This document shows, piece by piece, positions 52,791-64,000 of a stretch of DNA of 64,000 bases (position 1 is the stretch's first letter; each line of letters opens with the position of its first letter). The translations under genes were made by a program, and so were the position numbers. Under the pieces are notes generated by a model. That model worked only from the letters and a program-made list of their open reading frames with translations, had not been told where the DNA came from and made no database searches. Source of the DNA: Eledone cirrhosa (Eukaryota); assembly GCA_964016885.1 (NCBI GenBank), contig OZ024743.1, positions 128,588,001 to 128,652,000 of the forward strand, written 5' to 3'.

Positions 52791-52977
52791 AAAAATAATA
52801 ATTTCTAAGAAGAAGCTTAAGGAACAATGTTGTGTGTGTGTGTGTGTCTTAAATTTCTATCCACTATATATATATAAGTTTAACCCGGGTTCAATCGGGG
52901 GTAACCACAGTAAGTAATGTACTCAATACATAGCACGGTATACATATTTAATATAGAACTGGCTTCTAAATTATCAG

Positions 52978-53015
52978 GAAGCCCTGATGATTTCTCCCGA
53001 ATGAAACAGTTCTGG
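52978..53015 (+). ncRNA. Hammerhead core truncated near the cleavage site
   Basis: GAAGCC CUGAUGA UUUC-UCCC-GAAU GAAA CAGUUCUG, followed by an inverted copy of upstream sequence. Confidence 0.55.
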
Positions 53016-53147
53016 TCCTGTAGAAGCCATTTCTATATTATATATATAAAACATTTCGTTTTAATCATTTTCTAACCCAGAAAAAAGAGAGAAACAAAAA
53101 AGGAAAAAAAATTTTTTTTCTTCCTAATAATCGTCTCTTTCTCCCTG

Positions 53148-53224
<77 letters not shown>

Positions 53225-53609
53225 GAAACTATGAAGATATCAGGTAGACAACAGAATGACGAGAAAGTTCGTTTCATCTTTTTCTCTTTATTGACACTTT
53301 CTATACACGTTTTTCTAACGTCTTTATATTTAAAACGTCCCGAATTAACGTTTTTGCTTCCATAATTATTACGCAAGTGTCCCGATGAGATGTTCAGCCA
53401 GGTCCCCATGGAAGCTTAGCCCGACCCTAACAATGTGCGTCTCACATTTCTAAAGGACCGATGAGGAGTTGATGTGCTGTTCATATTTTCTAAAACATTC
53501 GATGTAATATTTCAACGAAGTAGTAAATTGCCAACAATATTGATTTGAAAGCATGTCCCGAAATCGGCGATAAAAATGTTTCATTCTGCGACGTGTATCA
53601 GAATTATTA

Positions 53610-53933
53610 ATCATTCGCGGTCCCGTTTTTCCCTCAGAATCTAACTAATAATTGTTCGTGGAAACGACCACATATTCGCGGTATCGTAAATATCTTCCGC
53701 GATTTTTTTAATGTTTTTTTTTTAGCAATATATATTTTTTTTAGCAATATATATTTTTTCACGCTTTTTAACGCTAAATTATTAACAATATTGCTTATTT
53801 GCCGGCCTGTATTTTACGTTATGTTTTGACGTTTATAGGCATTTGTATGGACCACGTCCAATATTCGCGGGTTTTTTCCCTTTTCGCGGGTGCTCTAGGA
53901 ATGTAACCCCCGCGAATACCTGGGGACAACTGT
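53610..53933 (-). mobile_element. pogo/Tigger-like MITE
   Basis: CCCCCGCGAATACCTGGGGACAACTG-TA end; homologous to 36374-36733. Confidence 0.7.
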
Positions 53934-55065
53934 ATATTTTGAATAGAATATCTGATTTTTTCTAGCTGCCTTATGGCAAATTATCGGTACCAAGAAATGA
54001 TGATTAGATTTGTTTCATATTGACACTGCCTCTGGTTCTACGATGCAAAACTTTAATTTTAAAGTGTTTATATTTTATCTAAAAACCAAACATCATAATT
54101 TTATGCAAGAAACTATAAGTTACTCTCGGGTCCCAAATGATAGGAGGGAGTGGAATAAGCCTAAATTTTTATTAGCGGGGTGTTTGGAATAAACGGGGGG
54201 GGGGGTCGGTAATTGTATAGTGTACATCCGTAAATATGGGATTTCTTGTAATGTTCTTTTTTTATCATATATAATGTTTTTTTTAATGTAGAATAAAATT
54301 ATCATTAAATTCTCCAGCTGCTGTATCGATATGAAACACTTACAATAAAATTTCGCCGGAGATAGATTAGCAAAATTAAATAAGGGGTGAGGGGCTATTA
54401 TCCAAGAACTATAAGTTATGTTCCAAACATCAGCTTAATAGTGAGAACGTTAGTTATATTATTAAATCCCACCAAATACTTGATTATTTTGAAAATTATT
54501 TTAAAATCAGTCTGTCTTTAATTAGAAATGTGGTAATGACAGTGTTAAGAGGAAGATAGGACTGATATAGCAACAACATAACTTTGCTAAACAAACAAAA
54601 TTGAGGCGAAATGAAATGGATTTCACCCGGACATTGAAACTTGATCACCGACACGGTACACTAAAAATTCCGGCGGGTGGTTGAGCCTCGCTAGCCGGTT
54701 ATATGTCCTATTAATTACTTCGGTGACACCAAAACAAGTTCCTCTCATTTGTCTTTTCCATAAATTCCGCATCATAGCACACAGAGCAGCCAAATCTACC
54801 GCCATATCACACCCTACTGTCTTAAATAAATAAAGGATACATTGGCGACTGTAATCTTAGATACATTGTTTGAATAAAAGAAGGGATGGAGGTGGTTGGA
54901 AAGCCTTAGATCATAGATGCGCTCGATCATTAGTGACCTGAAATTAACATAATCGTATCGGGCATACTGCTAAAAAGTTGTGATGGTCACAGCTGGAATG
55001 CCTTTGATCATAAGTCTCTTGGGTCAGGATTGACCAGGAGATAAACAACAAGAATAACTTCACAC

Positions 55066-55114
<49 letters not shown>

Positions 55115-55654
55115 AGGTCGGGTTGCAAACTTCAGTCAAAGGTTTCATTCATCAAAAATGTGCAGATAGTATATCGGAAGTATGTACATGTAATGTTCAG
55201 CACACAAACACACACACACATATATATATATATAGTGTGTGTGTGTGTGTGTGCGTGCGTGCGTGTGTGCTACGTGTTTATAAATTGTCCATAAATAAAA
55301 GTTAACAGTATATATATACACGTACATAAAAGTTTATAGTATATATATATATATTCAAATACACACACTCACAGCATATACAGAATTTGTTTGTGCGTTT
55401 ATGTTTAACATATATGTTGTCTTAGATACTCTGCTGGAATAAACGTCATACATGTATGTGTGCGTGTATACACCCATATATATATATATATATATATATT
55501 CCAACATTCTCAAATATTATATATATATAAAGTTACTGTGGCTGCTGAATACATATACATATATTGTTACTGCATTTGCTGTATACATGTGTGTGTGTCT
55601 ATATATATAAATGTTACTGTGTCTGCTGCACACACACATACACACGTGTATGTG

Positions 55655-55689
<35 letters not shown>

Positions 55690-55691
<2 letters not shown>

Positions 55692-55806
55692 ATGAAATGA
55701 CAGGAGGCTGGATTTGTGTAAATCCTTGAAAGGTTTATTATACTATGATCATTTCAATGACCGGGTTCCGTATGAATCCGGTGATATCAGGTATTCGAAA
55801 TATAAT
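55690..55806 (-). mobile_element. Decayed copy of the HHR element at 42815-42930
   Basis: Same sequence, but a 3-nt deletion destroys CUGAUGA. Confidence 0.8.
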
Positions 55807-55817
55807 ACGTGAATGTA

Positions 55818-55849
<32 letters not shown>

Positions 55850-55857
55850 TTTATGTA

Positions 55858-55889
<32 letters not shown>

Positions 55890-56027
55890 TTTATGTAGTA
55901 TATATATATATATATATATATATACTTCATCGAGTACTCCAATCTGCATACTGAGGTGTCGGTAAACAACCAACATATACTCAAAATATATATTACTGCA
56001 TTTGCTGTATACACACGTGTATGTATG

Positions 56028-56084
<57 letters not shown>

Positions 56085-56564
56085 AATCTACAGATATCTA
56101 AGGAATTTATCCCTAACTTTCAGAATGTGTACGTGCATGTATTTGATGATGAGAGAAGAGACTAGGAAGCAAAGATGAAAAAGGTCGTCAGTACTTAAAC
56201 AAGATAAGAAGAACCAAGAATCAGCTTCTTTTTCCCATGCTTCACTTGTTAATTTGTCTTATCTTCTCGGTCCTCCTAAAATATATATTTCGTATAAAAC
56301 CTATTGGCCTATGTCCCCACATTAAGTTAATATTCACAACAAACTGCCTGCTTGTATTTCATATAAACTAACCTACATGCACATGTTGGTGGTTTATGTT
56401 GTGCACTGCATGGTTTTAGCTTATTCGGGACAGTAACAGTGAAGCTGATTGTAGTAGTAGTAGTAGTAATGGTTTTCTTACAGTAACACACGATGTCTCA
56501 GTTATAAAGAAAAGGAAACGGGATGTTGGTTGGGACCTTAGTCGCAGTAGCAGTAATAATGGTT

Positions 56565-57400
56565 TGTTTCTCATTTAGGCATAAGGCCAGCAATTTTTGA
56601 GGTGTTAGTTGATTAAACAGACTCCATTACTTAACTGGTACATTAATTTATCGACCCCGGAAGTATTAAAGGCAAAGGGGCCTCGGCGAGATTTGAACTC
56701 AGAATGTAAAGAGCCAAGACATACCACAAAACATTTTGTCTGACATTGCTTTAATGATGGTTTCTAATATAGGCACAAGGCCAACAGTTTGGGGAGAGAT
56801 TAGTCGATTATATCGACCTCAGTACTTGACTGGCACATGACTATCTATCCAGGAAGGTAAATTTGATCTGGGCGGGATTTGAACTCAGAATGTAAAAAGT
56901 CGGAACAAATACCGCCCAACACTGCTTTTATAAATAATAATAATAATGTTCCTTACAGATTTACTACAACGGCGACTGATAATGATGATGATTTTTAAAG
57001 GTCGATATTATAGGAGGGTTCAGGGTCGCCTAAATAACCTAAGTACTTTCACTGATACTTTATTTTATCGGCTCCGAGAAAATGTGAAGCATAGTGGATC
57101 CCCCTCCCATTCCTACCGGCAGAATAATAACAAACATTTTTAACATGGGCCCAAGGCCATAAATTAACTAGCAAGGGTGGGGGTGGGGCTTTAATATTAA
57201 TAACTTCTAATATAGGCACAGGAACAGAAATTTTAGAAGGGAACCTCAGTAGGGAAAGATGAAAGGTAAAGTTAAACATAAGCCTGGGGGTGTACGTTTA
57301 ATTAAATAAAGTGATACGGTTGATCAAATCGACCCTGGTATTTGACTTGGTACATATTTTACCGCCCCAACAGGAATGGAAACTAAAATAAACTTCGGGT
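56565..57400 (-). mobile_element. Cluster of old family M SINE fragments
   Basis: Repeated GGCACAAGGCC, TCGACCCC and GATTTGAACTCAGAATG motifs. Confidence 0.75.
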
Positions 57401-58649
57401 AAAAAATTTAAAAAAATGGTCCAGCATGGCCAAAATCGAATGACTGAAACCAGTATAAAAATGTAAGAGTAACTATAAAATAAATAAATACACACATACA
57501 TACACACACACACATACATACACACATACACACACGCACATACATACATACAAGCACACACCTAAATAACTATATAAATAAATAAATAAATAAATAAAAT
57601 CATGTTAGTGATGATTGTAATTTTTATACGCGAATCATTTCAGTTTATTTAGTTTATACACACTTCCCGCTAAAGTTCAGTGAAGTGACATGTAGTAATC
57701 AAATCATTATTAAAAGACAATGATAATAAAAGAATTAGAATATTTAAGTGAATAGAAAGAAATTCAGGAGTTTGGAGTATTCATGCTTCTGCCGAAGGCC
57801 GTTCACAGATAATTTTCTTCGCATAAACATGAAAGCTTCCCAACTACTGGAAAGAGAAAATGGCGTGTTGAGATGTTCATGCCTTTCCCTTCCAAACATT
57901 GCGAAACAACAGCCGAACGAAAATCTATCTATATCTATCTATATATTGTGACTTATTTCAAAATGTAGATAAAAGACGAGAAGCAATTGTCGTAAATACA
58001 ATTTATATGGAAAGCAAACAGTTAAAAAGTATATCACAGACTTACCTCGTTTTTTAATAGTTGTATATATATATATTTATAGTTTCCACAACTACTCAGG
58101 ACACGGTATATTCCAACGTGAATGACTTTAATTGTCATTGATGAATCGAAGACATAGAAAAGATTGTGTGCGTTACAAACTGTGTAGTACTTCTAGTAAA
58201 TTCCTTGTCTGTTTTGTTTTGTATATTATCTATGTTATCTCATCTCTCTCTCTCGCTCGCTCGCTCGCTCGCTCACTTTCTTTCAACAAATCTGATGCGA
58301 ATGACGGTAACGAGAGTGGGGGAGAAGTGGTAGAGACAGACAGTAGAAGCAACAAAGCGCGAATGAATGGAAGACTAAAGAAAAAACACGCCGTTCAATG
58401 GCTCACAATAGTAAACAGTAGATATACATGAAATAAGAAGGGAATTCTGTAAACAGGTGCCGTTTCTTCATTAACACACAATTGTGGTCACGGCTGGATA
58501 GGGAGAAGGTCGGGATGAAAGGAATTTAGTGAAGTTAGGGGTTCGCATCTCGAAGCTAGCCTAACATTTACTGCATCATGTATGTGTAAACTCAGCGGGT
58601 CTCTATCTCTGATGTAATTGTAATTCAGTGAAGAATAAGATAATTGGCG

Positions 58650-58935
58650 ATAGCAATGGTAATAGTGGTGGTAGTGAAAGACTTATTGGTAACAGTAGTA
58701 ATGATGGTGGTAGTGACAAGCGTAGTAGTGATGGTGGTGGTAGTGACAGGCGTAGTAGTGATGGTGGTGGTAGTGACAGGCGTAGTAATAATAGTAGTGG
58801 TGGTGGTAGTGACAAGCGTAGTAATAGTAGTGGTGGTAGTGACAGGCGTAGTAATAGTAGTAGTAGTGGTGGTGGTAGTGACAGGCGTTGTAATAATAGT
58901 AGTGGTGGTCGTGATAGTTGTAGTAGTAATAGTGA
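58650..58935. repeat. 27-33-bp minisatellite built on AGT/GGT triplets
   Basis: Unit approximately AGTGACAGGCGTAGTAGTGATGGTGGTGGT. Confidence 0.9.
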
Positions 58936-59542
58936 AGATGATGCTTCCACCAAGACTAAATAAAGGGTGACAACTTTTACTCACACACGCACACAACACT
59001 ATCTCTCACTCCTTTCCTTCTCAGTCATCGAAGTGTTCCAAGTTCCCCTGCAAACTATTTTCGTGTTAGCGATAAAGCCACAGGATTTTTAAAAAATACA
59101 TTTTCTAATTCAAACTTATGGTGTTTTTCCTCTCTCCAATTTTCTAATTCAAACTTATGGTGTTTTTCCCCTTCCTTTAGATCATAGCCAAAATTTCGTT
59201 AATTAGGTATAATGTTTCTAAAGCTAGCAAGAAAAAAAACAAAGTTACACTTGTTTGTACTCGTTTCTTCAGTCGTCTTCTTTCGTCTTTCCTTCCTTCA
59301 CTGAAAATGTTACGTTTTCCTGTCAAATGCAATGCATTCACCCCACTTCGACTGAACACAACTCGAAAGGTTCACACACAAAATGACATCTACGTTGTTG
59401 TTTTTCTTAACAAAAATAAAGTATTTTCACACACATTGAAAAAAATAAACTATACTCAAACACCTGCATGTAACAAAATTACGTTTTCATTCAAGAAAAC
59501 CTAAAACAGCGTGACACAATGAACACAAGCACAATATATACA

Positions 59543-59715
59543 GCAGTCCTCCGGTATTCACTGGGGGTTACGTTCCCAGAGCACCCACGAAGAGTGAAAA
59601 ACCGCGAATATTGGACGTGGTCCATTAAAAATGGCTATAAACGTCAAAATATAACGTTCATAGGCCGGCAAATACGGTATATTGTTATTAATAATTTAGC
59701 GTTAAATATATATAT
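59543..59715 (+). mobile_element. pogo/Tigger-like MITE, 5' part
   Basis: CAGTCCTCCGGTATTCACTGGGGGTTACGTTCC; matches the 36374 family. Confidence 0.7.
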
Positions 59716-59744
59716 ATATTAACATTACACCAAAACACATTAAA

Positions 59745-59947
59745 ACAGACCCCATAAAATTCAAAAAGTCTTTGGACAAATTCCTCCGAGAAATCCCGGA
59801 TAAACCTCCTACACTCGGATATGTCTCCGTAAATAAGTAAACAATAACTCTACTTGAGTTGGCCACGGTGTGCAAATCCTGATATGAAAGACTTCGCCTG
59901 GGCCAATACTGGCCGAAATCTATTAAAGTTATAACGATAGTTATAGC
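59745..59947 (+). mobile_element. LINE (CR1/L2-group-like) 3' end remnant
   Basis: FKKSLDKFLREIPDKPPTLGY..NNSLL, a typical ORF2 C-terminus. Confidence 0.6.
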
Positions 59948-60037
59948 TCTGATTTATCTAAATCAGCGAGCACTCTGCCGCTCATATCGAATTTTGTTTA
60001 TCGTGAACTCGTATGCCGATTTTTCGATACTCGATCA

Positions 60038-60065
<28 letters not shown>

Positions 60066-60068
<3 letters not shown>

Positions 60069-60495
60069 TGTTATACTTTGGGAGGGTCATGTTGCCAATA
60101 AGAAACACACGCACCAGTTGCTTTCACTTCAATTATTATAATAAATTTATAAACTTAGGAATTTATAAATTTCTGGTTGGTTGGTTGGTTCCACAACCAG
60201 ATGGTTGTTTATATATTGTCAAAGTTCTTTCGTCACACATTCTGTGACCTCTTCAGTGACTGGGGGTTCTTTTCTTTGTTTTTGGTGCCTCTCTTTTGTT
60301 CTGTCCTACACCATCTTGTTTTTTTTTGTGGAACCAACCAACCAACCAACCAGAAATTTATAAATTCCTAAATTTATAAATTTATTACAATAAATTGAAG
60401 TGAAAGCAACTGGTGCGTGTGTTTCTTATTGGCAACATGACCCTCCCAAAGTATAACAATATCGGTCTCAACACACGTTTTCAGATAAAGAATCT
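60066..60495 (-). mobile_element. Non-coding PLE pLTR element, family X, second copy
   Basis: Inverted arms 60066-60192 / 60328-60462; homologous to 23136-23658. Confidence 0.85.
60218..60262 (-). ncRNA. Minimal hammerhead ribozyme, family X
   Basis: GUCA CUGAAGA G GUCACA-GAAUG-UGUGAC GAAA GAAC UU UGAC. Confidence 0.82.
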
Positions 60496-60871
60496 TTTAT
60501 GTAATATTCGGCTTGTAGTGGGAAAAAAGGGTTTTAGTTCTGTGACGGCAGAATAATGTTCGTTCAATTCTGTTATTCAGCAATTTCTTCTTGTGTGTGA
60601 TTATGTAATAAATCTCAAGATTACACAATTTGCATAAATTTTGGCTCCTGGAAAAGCTTTGGGTTTTAGCTAATTTCTCCCATTTTAGGGTAAACTTTTG
60701 ATCGCTATCCCTGAGCGTCCAAGCTTTTTCTGCTAAAGTTGTTACATTTCTTTGGCTCTGGTGTTTTATTGAGTAAGAATGCCTATATAATCGAGATTTA
60801 AACGATGTTGCCGTTGATCCCACGTAATACCACTCGTTGCCTCCGGATTTAATGGTACACTTATAAATAAA

Positions 60872-62014
60872 GTAGTTAACTTCCTGGATGTCACACTCAA
60901 TTTAAACTCTGGTTTGATTAAACCGTTTCATAAATTGAATGAAAATCTCAAATACGTAAATGTTGGGTCTAACCACCCCATCTCTATAATTAAATCTATC
61001 CCTAAAAATATTTCCCTTAGAATCTCGGGTCTATCTTCTAACATACAAGTATTTAAGGAACACGCCGAGTACTACGATAACGCCCTTAGTAAAGCAGGCT
61101 ACCTCAACAAAATAGAGTATATAGATGGGAACAATCAAAACACCCAAAATAAATCCCACATAGGTAAATATAATAACACAACACCAAACCACACTTACTA
61201 CCATAGTATGCACACCAGTAAACCAACAAACAAAACTAATAGAAAGCGATGCAAAGAGTACTTATGGTATAACCCCGAATACAATAGTTCCATTAGTACA
61301 AATTTACCAGTACTCTTCTTTAAAATAATTAAGAGACATTTTCCTACATCACACAAATACCACAAAATCCTAAACCCTACCACTATAAGACTGTCATACT
61401 CTACAGCGTTAAACCTTGAACAACACATAAAAAAGATCAATACTAGAAGGTTAAACGAAAACACTAAGAACTTAAGTACAAAGAACACAAAAAAAACAGT
61501 AGACAATACACTACAGAACATAAATAAACCACACCTAAGTTCGTCCGCAATACTACTCCAGAGAAAACCCAACGTACACAACTGTAACTGCACCTATCCT
61601 GACAACTGCCCCCTCGGCAATAACTGCCTGGAAAAAAATATTATTTATAAGTGTACCATTAAATCCGGAGGCAACGAGTGGTATTACGTGGGATCAACGG
61701 CAACATCGTTTAAATCTCGATTATATAAGCATTCTTACTCAATAAAACACCAGAGCCAAAGAAATGTAACAACTTTAGCAGAAAAAGCTTGGACGCTCAG
61801 GGATAGCGATCAAAAGTTTACCCTAAAATGGGAGAAATTAGCTAAAACCCAAAGCTTTTCCAGGAGCCAAAATTTATGCAAATTGTGTAATCTTGAGATT
61901 TATTACATAATCACACACAAGAAGAAATTGCTGAATAACAGAATTGAACGAACATTATTCTGCCGTCACAGAACTAAAACCCTTTTTTCCCACTACAAGC
62001 CGAATATTACATAA
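60872..62014 (+). CDS. PLE ORF C-terminal part: RT domain 7/thumb, linker, GIY-YIG endonuclease (no start codon)
   Basis: VNFLDVTL, SNHP, WYNP, RLSYS, CNC..CPL..C, IIYKC..YYVGST..FKSR..H, CKLC..E, LNNR.E..CRH. Confidence 0.9.
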   Translation, partial: VVNFLDVTLNLNSGLIKPFHKLNENLKYVNVGSNHPISIIKSIPKNISLRISGLSSNIQVFKEHAEYYDNALSKAGYLNKIEYIDGNNQNTQNKSHIGKYNNTTPNHTYYHSMHTSKPTNKTNRKRCKEYLWYNPEYNSSISTNLPVLFFKIIKRHFPTSHKYHKILNPTTIRLSYSTALNLEQHIKKINTRRLNENTKNLSTKNTKKTVDNTLQNINKPHLSSSAILLQRKPNVHNCNCTYPDNCPLGNNCLEKNIIYKCTIKSGGNEWYYVGSTATSFKSRLYKHSYSIKHQSQRNVTTLAEKAWTLRDSDQKFTLKWEKLAKTQSFSRSQNLCKLCNLEIYYIITHKKKLLNNRIERTLFCRHRTKTLFSHYKPNIT

Positions 62015-62849
62015 AAGAGGGACATCCCCCCAACTATATAAACCTCAATCTAGTTAGAAAAATATAAAAACAATCTCTTCTCAACATATATTAATAACCT
62101 TAAATTACCACACTAATAATGGAAAGATATGCTGATGAGAATAGGTGCAAATATGCGATAATGAATGTGTCTAAAAACGTCCATAAGTATGTATATATAT
62201 GTGAAAATGTATATAAATAAGTAAATATATATATATGTTTGATGTGTATAGTTAGATGTAAGTGTATTCATGTATTAAGGTGCTTATATATATATATATA
62301 GATGTGTATGTATATGTATATATGTACACATAGACTAGAGTATGTATGTATATATGTGTGTGTCTATACGTGTGTATATAAAGATAAGTTGAGTATGAAA
62401 ATGTATACACATGAACGCGTATGTATGTACATGAATACATGTGTGTATATATATATGTATGCATGCGTATATGTATGTAAGTATGAACATGTTACTATGT
62501 GAATGTGAGTGTATGTATTTTGTAGAGGTGTGCAAATATATTTGTGTGTGAATGCGTGGGTGAAAGGATACGTACACTTGAAAGAAAAATTTAAGTCTGA
62601 ATGTTAATTAAGTGCAAACACAAAACCAACCACGCATATCTTTACTATCTCTAATCCTTCTATAGATTTAGAAAAATAACCAATAATATATTCTATAAAA
62701 ATGTCAAAACAACAGAAGGGAATCTAATTACTCACTGCCACCAAAAATTCTCACTGCTATCAAAAAACCACTCCCTCAACTATTCTTCTAACATCTTCAC
62801 CCCGCCCTCCTAATATTCTCTATAAAAACCAAATAGGTCCTCAGTAATA

Positions 62850-62970
62850 TTATTCTGATGAAATGACAGTAAATAATAACATTGAAATATTGAATGTCTG
62901 CATAACTAAAACTTTGTAGATAGCAGTTGTTTTCAGGTTATGTAACTGTTATAGAAATACGTGTCAATAA
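62850..62970 (+). ncRNA. Type I hammerhead ribozyme with a long stem II insertion
   Basis: UUAUU CUGAUGA A AUGACAGU[~75 nt]ACUGUUAU A GAAA UACGUG UC AAUAA. Confidence 0.8.
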
Positions 62971-63003
62971 ATTCCTTTCAACTAAACTGTATCCATTCAA
63001 ATC

Positions 63004-63038
<35 letters not shown>

Positions 63039-63288
63039 TTGCGAGGTTTTTTATATGAAATCGTGTGTCGAAACAGATATTGTTATATTTGGGGAGGGTC
63101 ATATTTGCGTAATATTGCCAGAATTAATAACAGAACACACTCACTGTTTGGTTGGTTTTCGCTTCTCGCTGTCTTTTATATATATATATCTGCGATCTAA
63201 CTTACTCGGTCCTCAATGTTGCCATTGACTGACCGGCGGTCAAAAATAATACAGATACAATATAGACAAACACATATATATATAGTTT

Positions 63289-63330
63289 ACATAAATCTTT
63301 CGTTGCACATCTGCAACATCGTCAGTGGTG
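63289..63330 (-). ncRNA. Minimal hammerhead ribozyme in the family A pLTR
   Basis: Identical core and stem II to 14012-14053. Confidence 0.7.
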
Positions 63331-63610
63331 TTATATTCATTGTTCCTCCTGTTGTGTTGTATGTCTACGCCATTTTTTTTTTTTTTTTTTTTTTTGTTCA
63401 GTCTGTCTATATATTTATTTATTTATTTGCTTGTTTGTTTATCTTATTTTATTTTGTCTTCTTTGCGCATGCGTTTGCGTGTGTGTATAGTGTTATGTGT
63501 GATGTGTGACTAGTGTGTATAGTGTTGTCTGCTGGGTGACTAGTGTGTGTTTATGTGCTTGTGTATGTATTTATTTATCTTATTTTATTTTATTTAATTT
63601 ACTTATTTAT

Positions 63611-64000
63611 TTATACTTCTCTTAGGTCAGTGTTGTTTGTTTGGGTGTTGTTGTTGTTCCACTCATTCTTTCTGTTTAGCTTTGGTCTTCTAATTTCTAT
63701 TTCACTGGCCTCTCTGATTTGCCTATCTGCTGGGTCATTCCTATGTTTAGATATTATTCTAATTTCTATGTTGTCTATGTTACCGTCATGATGTTGTCTA
63801 GCATGTTCGTATAGTACTGACCCGTTTTTTCGTCCTTTTAGTTCCCCCCAGTGTTGGTCTATCCTTTCACCTATGCTACGAGCTGTCTCACCTATGTATG
63901 TTGTTGTCGTGTTTCTGCAAGTACCCTCTGTACATCTTATGCTATAGACTACGTTTCTAGTTTTACAGTTTATCCGGGGGTTCACCTTACATATGATACA
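63611..64000 (-). CDS. PLE GIY-YIG endonuclease domain (partial)
   Basis: VVYSIRC..YIGETARSIGERIDQH; three amino-acid differences from the 11262-13748 ORF over the shared ORF-track segment. Confidence 0.92.
   Translation of the reverse strand, partial: CIICKVNPRINCKTRNVVYSIRCTEGTCRNTTTTYIGETARSIGERIDQHWGELKGRKNGSVLYEHARQHHDGNIDNIEIRIISKHRNDPADRQIREASEIEIRRPKLNRKNEWNNNNTQTNNTDLREV

Larger units (their letters stand above)
60493..63007 (+). mobile_element. Penelope-like element, family B (Naiad-like by inference), 5'-truncated with an inverted segment
   Basis: 60493-60870 is the reverse complement of ~61641-62018; RT thumb + GIY-YIG ORF; ~1-kb 3' region ending in an HHR. Confidence 0.88.
63033..64000 (-). 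mobile_element. Second family A PLE copy (GIY-YIG end plus complete 3' pLTR), runs off the window
   Basis: Reverse complement of ~13360-14273 with few substitutions, plus the terminal ~45 nt also seen at 10827-10870. Confidence 0.93.

Noticed and set aside
58603-58999. Ser/Gly-rich and Thr-rich mucin-like ORFs
   Set aside because: Open in several frames on both strands because of a triplet-based minisatellite; no coding evidence.
62131-62185. CTGATGA at 62132 as another hammerhead
   Set aside because: No stem II closed by GAAA and no stem I partner.
62855-62900. SECIS element for a selenoprotein-type PLE
   Set aside because: No in-frame TGA in the visible ORF, and the ATGA is better explained as HHR core and stem II.

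Overview
AT-rich animal genomic DNA, probably a coleoid cephalopod such as Octopus (inferred from the tRNA-derived SINE families and the kilobase-scale (TA)n/(TATG)n tracts). I can support no host protein-coding gene. The window is a mosaic of microsatellites and transposable elements: (1) a Penelope-like retroelement (PLE) with an uninterrupted RT + GIY-YIG ORF (11262-13748) and inverted pseudo-LTRs, a second copy at the right edge, and a second PLE lineage (60493-63007); (2) RTE-clade LINE pieces, one with a PHD-type finger inside the RT region; (3) an R4/Dong-like RT fragment, a hAT (Buster/Charlie) element with TIRs and TSD, mariner/Tc1 relics, MITEs and non-autonomous Helitrons; (4) more than 25 SINE copies. 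The main signal no ORF track shows is about 12 hammerhead-ribozyme (HHR) motifs from about 8 sequence families, read by eye. They sit in PLE pLTRs and in short non-coding inverted-repeat elements within (TA)n tracts. They include a rare U3-A8 compensatory core in a circularly permuted ~220-nt unit (retrozyme-like) and an HHR with an ~80-nt stem II insert. Also notable: LINE 3' ends running into strand-polarised microsatellite tails, a templated insertion from a nearby hAT end into a SINE, and a pre-miRNA-like hairpin. All RNA structures are hand-folded and boundaries are approximate.
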